This document shows, in pieces, positions 9,701 to 18,543 of a stretch of DNA of 64,000 bases (positions are counted from its first letter, which is position 1; every line of letters begins with the position of its first letter). The DNA is from a virus. Taxonomy: Duplodnaviria > Heunggongvirae > Uroviricota > Caudoviricetes. Made by a program: the position numbers and the translations under genes. The notes under the pieces were generated by a model. It searched no databases and had not been told where the DNA came from. It saw only the letters and a list, made by a program, of their open reading frames with translations. The DNA is taken from the IMG/VR virus record IMGVR_UViG_3300047550_004303. One strand, written 5' to 3'.

Positions 9701-10092
9701 ACATTTTATCAAGTGTTTCTAGTCCAGCACAGGTAGGTACAAACAGTTGGGTGTCCGAAACCGCAGGAGAGAACCATACTGCCGCTATACGAAGTGATTC
9801 ACTGCTATTTATATGGGGAGAAAACGTTTTCGGTCAAGTAGGAGACAACACTACGTTTAATAGATCAAGTCCAATACAAATCGGAACAAGTAGTTGGACA
9901 AGTGTGAATGCTGGATTTTCTTTTACCGCGGCAATTCGTAGTGACAATGCTTTGTTTACATGGGGACGTAATAATTTCGGACAAATAGGTGACAACACTA
10001 CAATCAATAGGTCAAGTCCAGTACAAATAGGAACAAGTAGTTGGACTATGGTTAGTACAGGCGGAAACACAACTTTTGGAATATTTTCATAA
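6766..10092 (+). CDS. RCC1-repeat beta-propeller protein (21 repeats, 3 propellers) with ~70-aa N-terminal module
   Basis: 1108-aa ORF with the same repeat as the upstream paralog. The N-terminus carries three copies of [F/Y]xxxGxD[L/I]xxL[F/Y]. Confidence 0.9.
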   Translation: MAGFKVNGTDLDNLFAPIGTTNKIADVGYRISGNDISNLYLPASCGLPYGTTNYKKTGSDIGTLFASLTSVDAFFLYAWGQNNYGKLGSIPTSWNTISAGYCHSAAIRSDGSLFTWGVGTSGALGNASTVSESSPIQIGASSWTSVSAGLNWNLAVRNDGSLFVWGANASGQLGDGTTVDKSSPIQIGTSSWTSVSAGRTVAAGLLSNKLFTWGSNDSGQLGLGDTTNRSSPVQVGTNNWTKVSAGRDHILAISDTNKLWAWGNGGSGQLGDGTVINRSSPVQIGSNNWVDISASLGSFFSTGIRQDNLLFTWGAGSFGQLGIGLSSGDRCSPVQVGANTWCKVSAGVNFATAITTANLIFAWGTGTNGRLGNNSTIDRSSPVVIGSSNWTVTSSGGFHTLALLNNNTVYTWGLGSSGRLGDLNTVNRSSPVLIGFTTVNRSTPSQIGTNSWVSVSAGPSHVAAIRNDRLLFTWGRNLDGQLGDDTTTNRSSPVQIGTNSWANVSVGQAHTVGILLGGRLFTWGFGANGRLGDNSNVNRSSPVQVGTSCWISVSAGQYHTAAIAANRKLFTWGWGANGRLGDETTVDKSSPVQIGTSSWISVSGGGSHTAAIRSDNILFTWGLNTSGQLGTCTDVYSWTTVSAGNVHTAAIRSDGALFTWGAGSSGRLGDGTTTDRSSPIQIGTSSWTSVGAGVFHTGAIRVDGRLFTWGLGTLGRLGDGTTNRSSPIQIGASSWTTISAGAAHTTALRIDGALFTWGYNRFGQLGDNATANRSSPVQIGIDSWITVSAGGTHTAAIRSDNILFTWGVGSSGRLGNDSTIDRSSPVQIGTGSWITVSAGGTHTAAIRNDNILFTWGVGSSGRLGNDSTIDRSSPVQIGTSSWTSVSAGGTHTAAIRSDGALFTWGLWISGQLGDNATANRSSPVQIGTSSWTTVSAGGTHTAAIRSDNILFTWGARGYGQLGIGTSGNNISSPVQVGENILSSVSSPAQVGTNSWVSETAGENHTAAIRSDSLLFIWGENVFGQVGDNTTFNRSSPIQIGTSSWTSVNAGFSFTAAIRSDNALFTWGRNNFGQIGDNTTINRSSPVQIGTSSWTMVSTGGNTTFGIFS
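9112..9405 (+). repeat. Near-identical 147-bp tandem duplication (two RCC1 repeats)
   Basis: 9112-9258 and 9259-9405 differ at only a handful of positions (agttggattac[g/a]gtaagtgctggaggaactcatacagcagcaattcgc...). Confidence 0.9.
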
Positions 10093-10103
10093 TTAATATG
10101 AAT

Positions 10104-10111
10104 TATAAATA
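10104..10111 (+). promoter_or_regulatory. T4 consensus late promoter TATAAATA
   Basis: Exact TATAAATA upstream of a GAGGA SD and the ATG at 10135; heads the glycan-modification locus. Confidence 0.7.
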
Positions 10112-10134
10112 GTATTTATTTATGAGGATTTTAA

Positions 10135-11187
10135 ATGCATTTAATTGACCAAGAACTTAATTTAATGATTCGTGGTAGATTTGAAGATGGTTGGAAAATT
10201 GCAGAAGAACTTGAACGTATCGATCCAACTGATCGTAGAGCTAAATTTAACCGTGGTTGGTTTCTCATCAATCAAGGTAAATGGCAAGAAGGGTTTCAAT
10301 GCTTAGAATACGGAAGATCACTTAACGTTTATGGTTCTCCAAAACTTCATACCACTAAACCAATTTGGGATGGAACAGATTTAACTGATAAAACTGTTAT
10401 TATCAACTTAGAAGCAGGATACGGCGATAACATCATACAAGCTAGGTTTGCAACAGAAGTCTGGCGGCGTGGGGGAAAATGTATACTATGTTGTGATAAA
10501 ACTGTACATTCAATCTTCATGCGTATTCCAGGTGTAACAGCTTGTATAACATTGCAAGAAGTACAATCAACACATCACGATTTTTGGGTTCCTGGTTTTA
10601 GTTGTAGTTGGATGTTTGGTCATACTGTTGATACTATACCCAACGAACCATATATTTTTGCAAAACCAGAAAGCGTTCAAGTTTGGAAAGAACTAATCAA
10701 AGGTGACAAACCAAAAATAGGTATTCGTTGGAGTGGCAATCCTAAATTTGAACATCAACAATTTAGAATATTTCCACCAGAAATGTTAATCAAAATTCAA
10801 AAAGAATTTCCACATTGTCAATGGTATTCACTACAACGTGATAGCGATCTAAGAGAACTTCCAGAAGGTATCAGTGATTTAAATCATATATTGATAAGTT
10901 GGGAAGACACAGCAGCATGTATTGAGAACCTAGACTTAGTAATATCATCATGCACAAGTATAGCTCATTTGGCTTCTGCAATGGGCAAGCCAACTTGGGT
11001 TATAGTTCCTATTCTTCCATATCATGTTTGGGCATACGGAGATAAACATAGTCCATGGTATACTGAAAATACAGTTGTGTTTAGACAGAAAAAATTTAGC
11101 AAGTGGGAAGAAACATTTACTGAATTAAAGGAAGAACTACACAAACTTTATCCTCAAAAAATTAATCAAGAACCTAAACAAGAGTAA
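10135..11187 (+). CDS. TPR-containing GT9-like (GT-B) glycosyltransferase
   Basis: N-terminal TPR-like helices (AKFNRGWFLINQGKWQEGF); EAGYGDNIIQARF and DLVISSCTSIAHLASAMGKPTW motifs typical of the TPR-GT9 family. Confidence 0.8.
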   Translation: MHLIDQELNLMIRGRFEDGWKIAEELERIDPTDRRAKFNRGWFLINQGKWQEGFQCLEYGRSLNVYGSPKLHTTKPIWDGTDLTDKTVIINLEAGYGDNIIQARFATEVWRRGGKCILCCDKTVHSIFMRIPGVTACITLQEVQSTHHDFWVPGFSCSWMFGHTVDTIPNEPYIFAKPESVQVWKELIKGDKPKIGIRWSGNPKFEHQQFRIFPPEMLIKIQKEFPHCQWYSLQRDSDLRELPEGISDLNHILISWEDTAACIENLDLVISSCTSIAHLASAMGKPTWVIVPILPYHVWAYGDKHSPWYTENTVVFRQKKFSKWEETFTELKEELHKLYPQKINQEPKQE

Positions 11188-11190
11188 ATA
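11185..11190 (+). promoter_or_regulatory. Possible late promoter TAAATA
   Basis: TAAATA overlaps the stop codon; GAAGGA SD precedes the ATG at 11216. Confidence 0.4.
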
Positions 11191-11215
11191 AACTTGTAAC
11201 TTTTGAAGGATATCA

Positions 11216-12010
11216 ATGAAAACTTTACATTTTATTTCAGGCTTGCCACGCTCAGGATCTACACTAATCACAAATATTCTAAAACAGAATCCCAATATTC
11301 ATGGAGAAGCAGTTAGTTCACTTGCATCTATTTTTGGGACTGTAAACGCTAATTGGGGTTCTATTGAATCTAATCAAGAATACCCCAACTATGATGCAAA
11401 AAAAGGCGTACTAACAGGTATACTACAGGGTTATTACTCACATATCAATAAGCCTATAATTTTTGACAAGGACAGAGGTTGGATTCCAATACTAGCCGCA
11501 GTTGAAGAAGTAATGCAATGTCAGGTTAAAATTATTGTATGTGTCAGAAATCCTGCAGAAATATTAGCCAGCTTTGAACGTCTACGGAAAGAAAATCCAT
11601 TGTTCTTTACAAGGGCCGACCTCTCTCTAAGAGAAGGTTCAAGTATCGCAGGTAGAGCATATTACTATGCAGGTCCAGATGGTGCTATGGGAATTGCACA
11701 TAGACATATCAAAGATGCAATAATAATGGGTTACTTAGATAGGTTTTTGTTTGTAGACTACAATAGGTATTGCAGTAGCCCTAAAGCACAAACAAGAAGA
11801 ATATATGATTTCTTTGAAATACCTCATTTTGATCATGATTTTCAAAACATAAAACAAGATGAAATGTATAACGATCATGCAGTGGGACTACCAAACTTAC
11901 ACAGAATTAAACCAGAAATTAACAAGACAACTGTAAATTGTGTTGAGTATTTAGGGTTAGATTTATACGAGCAATACAACAGAGAAATCTTCTGGAATGC
12001 ATGGATATAA
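11216..12010 (+). CDS. Sulfotransferase
   Basis: 5'-PSB loop FISGLPRSGSTL and 3'-PB motif VRNPAEILASF. Confidence 0.85.
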   Translation: MKTLHFISGLPRSGSTLITNILKQNPNIHGEAVSSLASIFGTVNANWGSIESNQEYPNYDAKKGVLTGILQGYYSHINKPIIFDKDRGWIPILAAVEEVMQCQVKIIVCVRNPAEILASFERLRKENPLFFTRADLSLREGSSIAGRAYYYAGPDGAMGIAHRHIKDAIIMGYLDRFLFVDYNRYCSSPKAQTRRIYDFFEIPHFDHDFQNIKQDEMYNDHAVGLPNLHRIKPEINKTTVNCVEYLGLDLYEQYNREIFWNAWI

Positions 12011-12585
12011 ATTTATTTTTTCCCACTTTGGTAGGATCTGCATCCAATCCTACTCATCTTGAAATACAACAAGAGTTAGTTAGTCATTGCATTAAACTAA
12101 AACAAACTGTTGAATCAGGTGGGCAAGGTTGGTTATCAAATAAAACATATAACACCAGTAATGGCAAATATGAAATTTTTCGTGATAACAAGTTTGCTAA
12201 TTTAAACAATTGGGTAAAAGATCAAATCATTGAATACTGCACAAAAGCAGACATTGATACATCATCTTTATCTAACAATGGTTCTTGGTTTAATATCTAT
12301 GAACGAAATGACTTTCAAGAAAATCATGTTCATCCAACAAGTGTAGTATCAGCAATTTATATTTTGACCTGCAGTGAAGATGGTGCAAGAGTGTTTTTTA
12401 ATAGTCCAATAAGTAATATGTACTATGTTAACAAAACAAACAAAAATCAACAAACCGTAGATCAAATAATATGCAAAAGTATTCCAGGTACATTGCTTGT
12501 ATTTCCTAGCTATCTTCTTCATGCAGTAGAAAGGCATGAATCTAGTGACATTAGAATAAGTCTATCTTACAACTTCAAACAATAA
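12001..12585 (+). CDS. 2OG-Fe(II) oxygenase
   Basis: HVH..., FPSYLLHAV and RISLSYN motifs of the phage/bacterial putative 2OG-Fe(II) oxygenase family. Confidence 0.8.
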   Translation: MDINLFFPTLVGSASNPTHLEIQQELVSHCIKLKQTVESGGQGWLSNKTYNTSNGKYEIFRDNKFANLNNWVKDQIIEYCTKADIDTSSLSNNGSWFNIYERNDFQENHVHPTSVVSAIYILTCSEDGARVFFNSPISNMYYVNKTNKNQQTVDQIICKSIPGTLLVFPSYLLHAVERHESSDIRISLSYNFKQ

Positions 12586-12586
12586 T

Positions 12587-13171
12587 ATGGCTAATGAAAT
12601 GCAAAAGTCTGTTATAAGACGGTTAAACGATTCACGTTTTACTAGAGAATATTTTGTAGGTAGGGGAATTGATATAGGTGCAGGTGAAGATAGCTTAGAA
12701 AAATATAAAGAGTTTTTCCCATTAATACAACACATTGATTCATGGGATATACAGCACGGTGATGCACAATATTTGGTTGATGTTCCAGATAATTTATTTG
12801 ATTTTGCTGTTAGCAGTCATTGTTTAGAACATATGTTGGCCCCGCATATAGCATTGAAAAATTGGCTAAGAGTTATTAAAAGTAAAGGATATTTGATCAT
12901 TACTGTTCCAGATGAAGATTTATACGAACAACAAATGTGGCCCTCTGCTTTTAACGGCGATCATAAATTTTCATTTACTATAAACAAAGACAAATCTTGG
13001 AGCCCAAAAAGCATTAACATTTTTGATTTGCTTTCTACAGTCAAAAATCAAGTATCAATTAAAAAAATAGAATTACTAGATAATCTATATTACAAATCTA
13101 TACACGGTGTTGATCAAACAAGATATACTTTTTCAGAAAGTGCAATAGAGATAGTTTTACAAAAATTGTAA
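12587..13171 (+). CDS. Class I SAM-dependent methyltransferase
   Basis: Motif I GIDIGAG; FDFAVSSHCLEH; LRVIKSKGYLIITVP. Confidence 0.8.
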   Translation: MANEMQKSVIRRLNDSRFTREYFVGRGIDIGAGEDSLEKYKEFFPLIQHIDSWDIQHGDAQYLVDVPDNLFDFAVSSHCLEHMLAPHIALKNWLRVIKSKGYLIITVPDEDLYEQQMWPSAFNGDHKFSFTINKDKSWSPKSINIFDLLSTVKNQVSIKKIELLDNLYYKSIHGVDQTRYTFSESAIEIVLQKL

Positions 13172-13190
13172 TTTACATACCAAAAATATT

Positions 13191-14372
13191 ATGTTAGATA
13201 ATTTAATTGAAGGTGCTAAGTTTTTGTTTGAAAACAAACGCTATAAAGATTCAGCACAAGTTTTAAAAATGACTTCTGAATTTATTTCAAATCCAATAAT
13301 TTTGGATAAAATTTACGCAAACATGAGAATGTGTTATTTTTTATCCAATGATGTTCCAAATGCATTTAAAGTATTAGAACTACAAGAAAACCTTCAAGTG
13401 AACGATAGTTTTGAACTAAAACGTGACAAAGCTAATTTTTTACGATATCTTAATCGTCATGAAGAAGCATATAACACAGCAAAAGAAATTTCAGATGATC
13501 CAACTAGATGTTTGGCACTTAGTTGGTTTTTACATAAAGAAGGTAAAACCAAAGAAGCATTTGCAATTACTGAACAAGCTAGGACTAATTCATATTGGTG
13601 GAAAAGAGAACCTAACTATAGATATAAACTTTGGAAAGGTTCTAAAGTAAAAACATTGGTAATAGCAGAAGAATCTGGTTTTGGAGATCAAATAATTTTT
13701 GCTAGATATATACCCATGCTAAAAGAACTATGCGATGAATTATATTACGATGGCACAGGACTAACTAAAACTTTTTGTAGAAATTTTGACATCAAACCAA
13801 TGACAGAATTGAACAAATTTGACAACGATATTTACCTGATACCAATAATGAGTTTGGCGTATGTGTTGGGTATTGAACAGCCTACATCATCTACCTACTT
13901 AACCGCAGATTCTAGTCTAATAGAAATGTACAACAACATATATCCCAAAACTAAAAAAAGAATAGGATTATGTGTTCAGGGAGAAAAGACTCATGTTGAA
14001 ACAAATCTAAGAAAATTACCACTACATGAACTTGCAAGTAAATTACAAAATTATGGAGAAGTAATTAATTTACAAAAAGAAATTGATGAAACTCATGATG
14101 CTATAAGATATATCAATTTTGATTCTTGGGAAGATACATTAGCTTTAATAAGTACATGCGATGTAGTGGTTACTTGCGATACCAGTATTAGTCATGCTGC
14201 CTCAGCTTTAGGCATAAAAACAATAGTATTAATTCATGCTGCTGCATATTTTACATGGAATCATAATCAAGATTTAGGCAAATCAGAATGGTATGATAAT
14301 GCATATTGCATACATCAGGATTATCCATGTGATTGGTCAGGTGCAATAACTAAATGTTTAACTTTACTATGA
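13191..14372 (+). CDS. TPR-containing GT9-like glycosyltransferase (second paralog)
   Basis: Helical TPR-like N-terminus; EESGFGDQIIFARY; DVVVTCDTSISHAASALG. Confidence 0.75.
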   Translation: MLDNLIEGAKFLFENKRYKDSAQVLKMTSEFISNPIILDKIYANMRMCYFLSNDVPNAFKVLELQENLQVNDSFELKRDKANFLRYLNRHEEAYNTAKEISDDPTRCLALSWFLHKEGKTKEAFAITEQARTNSYWWKREPNYRYKLWKGSKVKTLVIAEESGFGDQIIFARYIPMLKELCDELYYDGTGLTKTFCRNFDIKPMTELNKFDNDIYLIPIMSLAYVLGIEQPTSSTYLTADSSLIEMYNNIYPKTKKRIGLCVQGEKTHVETNLRKLPLHELASKLQNYGEVINLQKEIDETHDAIRYINFDSWEDTLALISTCDVVVTCDTSISHAASALGIKTIVLIHAAAYFTWNHNQDLGKSEWYDNAYCIHQDYPCDWSGAITKCLTLL

Positions 14373-15031
14373 AAAATTTATTCTATCACAGTTACAATCT
14401 AGACGTTTCTCAGGCATATATCATTCATGTGCCTAATAACCAACTTTCCGTTGAACTTGCAAACAGATGTTTAGAAAGTTGTAAAAAGATAAATTACAAT
14501 GCTTCATTGTATGAAGGTTTCGATGGCACAGGAAAAGAAATTATTGTGCCGGAACATATCAAAAATCAAAGTTGGTATAAGTGGTTAAAAATTACTGATC
14601 ATTATCAAAGTTTAGCAGAGGTTGCCTGTAGTTTAAGCCATATTTCATTGTGGGTCAAATGTATGGAACAAGACCAACCATTGGTAATTTTAGAGCATGA
14701 TGCAATAATGGTAAAACCCTACACAAGACATGAAATTTACAACGGGATAGTTTATTTGGGTTCGCAAGATGATTTGAGAAATCCAAAAAAATATGACAAT
14801 ATTATTCCTGGCTTCAGTGCAATTAATCAAAATTGGAATTTTATTAACAGGGCACATGCATATTCTATAGATCCTGCATCAGCAAGAAAATTATTTACCA
14901 ACGTGTTAGATAGGGGTATATACGAGAGTGCAGATGTAATGATTAAGGCAGATGACGTTGCAATTATCCAAACTGGATTTTATGCATATGATTTACCAGG
15001 CGAAACAATTATTAAAGTAAGGAAAAAATAA
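14369..15031 (+). CDS. GT25-family glycosyltransferase
   Basis: ACSLSHISLW and LVILEHDA motifs; ATG at 14369 overlaps the upstream TGA (ATGA coupling), so it is preferred over 14354. Confidence 0.7.
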   Translation: MKNLFYHSYNLDVSQAYIIHVPNNQLSVELANRCLESCKKINYNASLYEGFDGTGKEIIVPEHIKNQSWYKWLKITDHYQSLAEVACSLSHISLWVKCMEQDQPLVILEHDAIMVKPYTRHEIYNGIVYLGSQDDLRNPKKYDNIIPGFSAINQNWNFINRAHAYSIDPASARKLFTNVLDRGIYESADVMIKADDVAIIQTGFYAYDLPGETIIKVRKK

Positions 15032-15033
15032 AT

Positions 15034-15630
15034 ATGACACCAGAATCGACAAAACTAAACATGGGCTGTGGTTTTAAAAAGTTATTTGACCATTGGAATG
15101 TTGACATTGAACCAAAATGTAATCCAGATCAAGTACTTGATTTAGATCAAACACCCTGGCCATTTGAAGACAACTTTTTTACAAAAATTACTTGTGATAA
15201 CATCTTAGAACATTTAGGTCAAAATCCCAAAGTTTTTACCAATATAATCAAAGAAATGTATCGTGTTAGTCAAGATAAAGCAGAATGGTATATTTGTGTA
15301 CCACATCATCGTTGTGATTTGTTTTGGGATGATTATACTCATGTACGACCTCTTTCTGCTAAAACATTTAAAATGTTTGATCAAAAGTTTAACTATGACA
15401 CTATTCAACGTGGACTAAGTGAAAGTACATTTGGAATTTATCATTCGGTAGATTTAGACGTATATGATGCTACATATAACATTATTCCTTATTGGAGTTC
15501 ACAAGTAGAACAAGGTATGATGGGAAACAAAGAACTAGATATTAAACTAAACACAATGTCAAACATATGCGAGACATTGAACATTTTTATACGTGTTCAC
15601 AAACCAGGTAGATTTGAACATTTAGTTTAA
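15034..15630 (+). CDS. SAM-dependent methyltransferase (type 11-like)
   Basis: KLNMGCG motif I; DLDQTPWPFEDN; ILEHL; EMYRV. Confidence 0.75.
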   Translation: MTPESTKLNMGCGFKKLFDHWNVDIEPKCNPDQVLDLDQTPWPFEDNFFTKITCDNILEHLGQNPKVFTNIIKEMYRVSQDKAEWYICVPHHRCDLFWDDYTHVRPLSAKTFKMFDQKFNYDTIQRGLSESTFGIYHSVDLDVYDATYNIIPYWSSQVEQGMMGNKELDIKLNTMSNICETLNIFIRVHKPGRFEHLV

Positions 15631-15631
15631 T

Positions 15632-16363
15632 ATGTGGCATGTCTCTGACAAAATCAGAAGAAACGTTTTAGTTTCTTCTGATCAAGGATTAATGATTGTT
15701 AATAGATTTGACCACAATCAAAATATGGTTGGTAATGGACAATTCATTTTAGATCATGGTAATATTTGCACAGTAGAAGCAAATGCATGTATAAATGCTA
15801 TTCGTCACATTGAAAAACCAATCATATTTGATATTGGAGCAAACATAGGTGCATTCACTACTTGGATGTCAACTTACTTTCCAAATGGTAAAATTTATAG
15901 TTTTGAACCACAACGATTAGTTTTTCAAATGCTATGTGGTAATTTAGCAATCAACAATTTATTCAATGTACATGCGTATAACATGGCATTGGGGAAAGAA
16001 AATTCTAGAATAGAATTCTTAGAACCTAATTACAATCAACCAAATGATTTTGGAACTTTCAGTTTAGTTAACGACACTATAAATGAAAAATCTGACCGAT
16101 CCATCATTGATCTTTGTACATTAGACGCATTTGTAAATGGTTTCAATATAACAAATATTGATCTCATTAAAGTTGATGTTGAAGGAATGGATATTGATGT
16201 ACTACAAGGTGCAAAAACAACTATTGAACGTTTCAAACCTGTAATTTTCGTAGAATACTTTGATAATAATCGTTCAATTAAAGAAGAATTAGAATCTATT
16301 TTTAATCAATTGAATTACAGTATAGAGATTATAGGCAATAACATTTTAGGAATAAGCAAATGA
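15632..16363 (+). CDS. FkbM-family methyltransferase
   Basis: IFDIGANIG, SFEPQ, IKVDVEGMD, PVIFVE motifs. Confidence 0.85.
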   Translation: MWHVSDKIRRNVLVSSDQGLMIVNRFDHNQNMVGNGQFILDHGNICTVEANACINAIRHIEKPIIFDIGANIGAFTTWMSTYFPNGKIYSFEPQRLVFQMLCGNLAINNLFNVHAYNMALGKENSRIEFLEPNYNQPNDFGTFSLVNDTINEKSDRSIIDLCTLDAFVNGFNITNIDLIKVDVEGMDIDVLQGAKTTIERFKPVIFVEYFDNNRSIKEELESIFNQLNYSIEIIGNNILGISK

Positions 16364-17175
16364 ACGAAAAAATCAAAATCAATTATGCTCTTCAGATGTG
16401 TGATGTAAGAAGTTACCAAGGTAATAAAAGATTTTGCACCGATAACAGGACTGAACTATCAAAAAAATCTTTGGTATCTTTTTTGAATTCTATTAATTTT
16501 TGTATTAACAAAGAGCCTAAAACTTTTCACGAGGTTAAAATTTTTGCAGACGATTGTTCTGACGAGTTAAAAACATATATTGATAATTGCGTTGAAAAAA
16601 ACATATCAGAACAATTAAGTATTGAAGTCGAACATTTAAACAAAGCAGGCATAGCTAACAGTATTCAATATTGTTATGAATGGTTAAAAGACAATGGTTC
16701 AAATTTAGTTTATCAAGTACAAGATGATTATATTTTTACTGAGCCAGCACTTTATCATTCAATTGATATGTTTTACCAATTATATCAAAACTACAATACA
16801 CATCCAATTATCTGCCCATACATAGATCCTGATTTTATGAGAAATTACAAAGGTAGGTCTGTACCTAGATTAATTGAATTAGGTAAGCACAGTTATTGGT
16901 GTCAGGTTTATGACACTAGTTGCAGTTTTTTAACTAGTCAACATCAATTTGTACAACATTTAGATTTATATGATGTTTTTTACGACTTGATTAGAAAAAA
17001 AATTATAAATGGAAACGTCATTGATTTAGAAAACAAATCATTAAATTATATGTTTACACAAAGAGGTGTGTTAGGAGTTACTCCCATCAATGGATTAACT
17101 TTTCATATGCAAACTGATTCAGAAAAAGATCCATATATAGATTGGAAACCAATTTGGGATAGTATAATCATATGA
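16360..17175 (+). CDS. Putative GT-A fold glycosyltransferase
   Basis: IFADDCS and VYQVQDDY (DxD-like) motifs; cluster context. Confidence 0.55.
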   Translation: MNEKIKINYALQMCDVRSYQGNKRFCTDNRTELSKKSLVSFLNSINFCINKEPKTFHEVKIFADDCSDELKTYIDNCVEKNISEQLSIEVEHLNKAGIANSIQYCYEWLKDNGSNLVYQVQDDYIFTEPALYHSIDMFYQLYQNYNTHPIICPYIDPDFMRNYKGRSVPRLIELGKHSYWCQVYDTSCSFLTSQHQFVQHLDLYDVFYDLIRKKIINGNVIDLENKSLNYMFTQRGVLGVTPINGLTFHMQTDSEKDPYIDWKPIWDSIII

Positions 17176-17831
17176 AAAAAATACTTATAGCTACACCATG
17201 TTTAGATCAAAAAGTTGATGCTTATTTTGTGAATAGTTTGTGCGAAAGTATTAAGTTAGGGTTAAGACACGGTTTGGATATTAAATGTATATTTTTAGCC
17301 AACGAAAGTATTTTGCCAATGGCGAGGAATGAATTATTCAAATTAGCATACAACGAAAATTACGACTCTATGGTTTTCATAGATGATGATGAATCATGGG
17401 AACCAGCTGGATTAATTGAAATTATATTATCCGAAAAGGATGTAGTTGCTATGCCTGTAGTAAACAAAGGAGACAAAAAAATAGAATTCAACATCTACTA
17501 CGACCAAATAAAAAAAGATGTTGATGGGTATTTTGAAATAAAATCTACAGGAACTGGTTTCTTGAAAATGTCAAGAAAAGTAGTTGTTGATTTGTATGAA
17601 TCAAATACTGAGTTAGTTTTTAGAAATAAAAAATTAAGAAATATTTGCGAGTTTACGTATATCAATGGATTGTTTGTAGGTGAAGATATTACGTTGTGTA
17701 GAAAAATAAAAGAGTTAGGTTACAAAATTTGGGTTAATCCTAAATATACCGCATATCATATTGGTAACAAAATGTATAAGGGTGATTTCTTAAATAGCAT
17801 TAGCAAAAATGAATCTAACTCTATATTGTAA
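17172..17831 (+). CDS. Putative GT-A fold glycosyltransferase
   Basis: ILIATP start; ARNELF; MVFIDDD; GTGFLKMSR; GEDITLC. Confidence 0.65.
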   Translation: MKKILIATPCLDQKVDAYFVNSLCESIKLGLRHGLDIKCIFLANESILPMARNELFKLAYNENYDSMVFIDDDESWEPAGLIEIILSEKDVVAMPVVNKGDKKIEFNIYYDQIKKDVDGYFEIKSTGTGFLKMSRKVVVDLYESNTELVFRNKKLRNICEFTYINGLFVGEDITLCRKIKELGYKIWVNPKYTAYHIGNKMYKGDFLNSISKNESNSIL

Positions 17832-18540
17832 TAGTTTTGAAGGCAAAAAACCATTGCATACACAATGCAATCAAAAAACATTAATGTGCGGTTCTTATTA
17901 CTTGTCTGATCCTATTAAACAAGATTGCATTAATAATGGTTATATTTTAGATGATACTTTTCAAAATGTTTCACACTTAAATAATTTGCTGGGTGATTTA
18001 ACCGGGTTATATTGGATATGGAAAAATACAAATGAAGAATTTGTAGGCACTAACCAATACAGAAGATTCTATGACGATCATGAGTTGAAAACATTATTTC
18101 CCCTTGATAAAAAAACGTTATATGTTTCAGATTTTGTAACTTTTAGAATAAGTGTTTGGGATCAATATATTGCATCACACGGTGATTTGGGCATGAAGCT
18201 TTTGAAAAAGGCTATCTCGTTGAATAACGTTTCAATAGATGAACGTATGTTTAACAGTCTTTTTCATACTAATAAACTATCAACCTGTAATACTTTTTTT
18301 GCTCATAAGACCCTATTTGATAAAGTCTGTCAAATATTGTTTGATATAATTTTTGAGCTATACAGAGGATCTAAATATCTATTAGAATTCACACAATTTG
18401 GTATTCATACTGGAAGGAACCCCAACGATAAACGTCTACTAGCATTTTTAGCAGAACGAATTTTGAATATCATCTATTTCAATTCTAATTACTTTTTGGG
18501 CATAAACAATATTGTCCCAATCAAATACTATACAATATAA
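17809..18540 (+). CDS. DUF4422-like putative glycosyltransferase
   Basis: LTGLYWIWKN...VGTNQYRRFY and AFLAERI motifs. Confidence 0.6.
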   Translation: MNLTLYCNSFEGKKPLHTQCNQKTLMCGSYYLSDPIKQDCINNGYILDDTFQNVSHLNNLLGDLTGLYWIWKNTNEEFVGTNQYRRFYDDHELKTLFPLDKKTLYVSDFVTFRISVWDQYIASHGDLGMKLLKKAISLNNVSIDERMFNSLFHTNKLSTCNTFFAHKTLFDKVCQILFDIIFELYRGSKYLLEFTQFGIHTGRNPNDKRLLAFLAERILNIIYFNSNYFLGINNIVPIKYYTI

Positions 18541-18543
18541 ATT

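Noticed and set aside
14-10070. Many minus-strand ORFs (MPICTGLDLLIVVLSPN... type) inside the RCC1 genes
   Set aside because: Antisense shadows of the repeat; they mirror its periodicity, are fragmented by stops and have no SD or promoter support.
3-10092. Diversity-generating retroelement or CRISPR-like explanation for the repeats
   Set aside because: Repeats are in-frame protein-coding units with synonymous divergence. There is no reverse transcriptase, no adenine-specific template/variable pair and no spacer structure in the window.
10105-10119. Palindrome ATAAATA-G-TATTTAT giving an antisense late box into the RCC1 gene
   Set aside because: Very AT-rich, with a weak hairpin that does not cover the SD; easily produced by chance, so only the sense promoter is reported.
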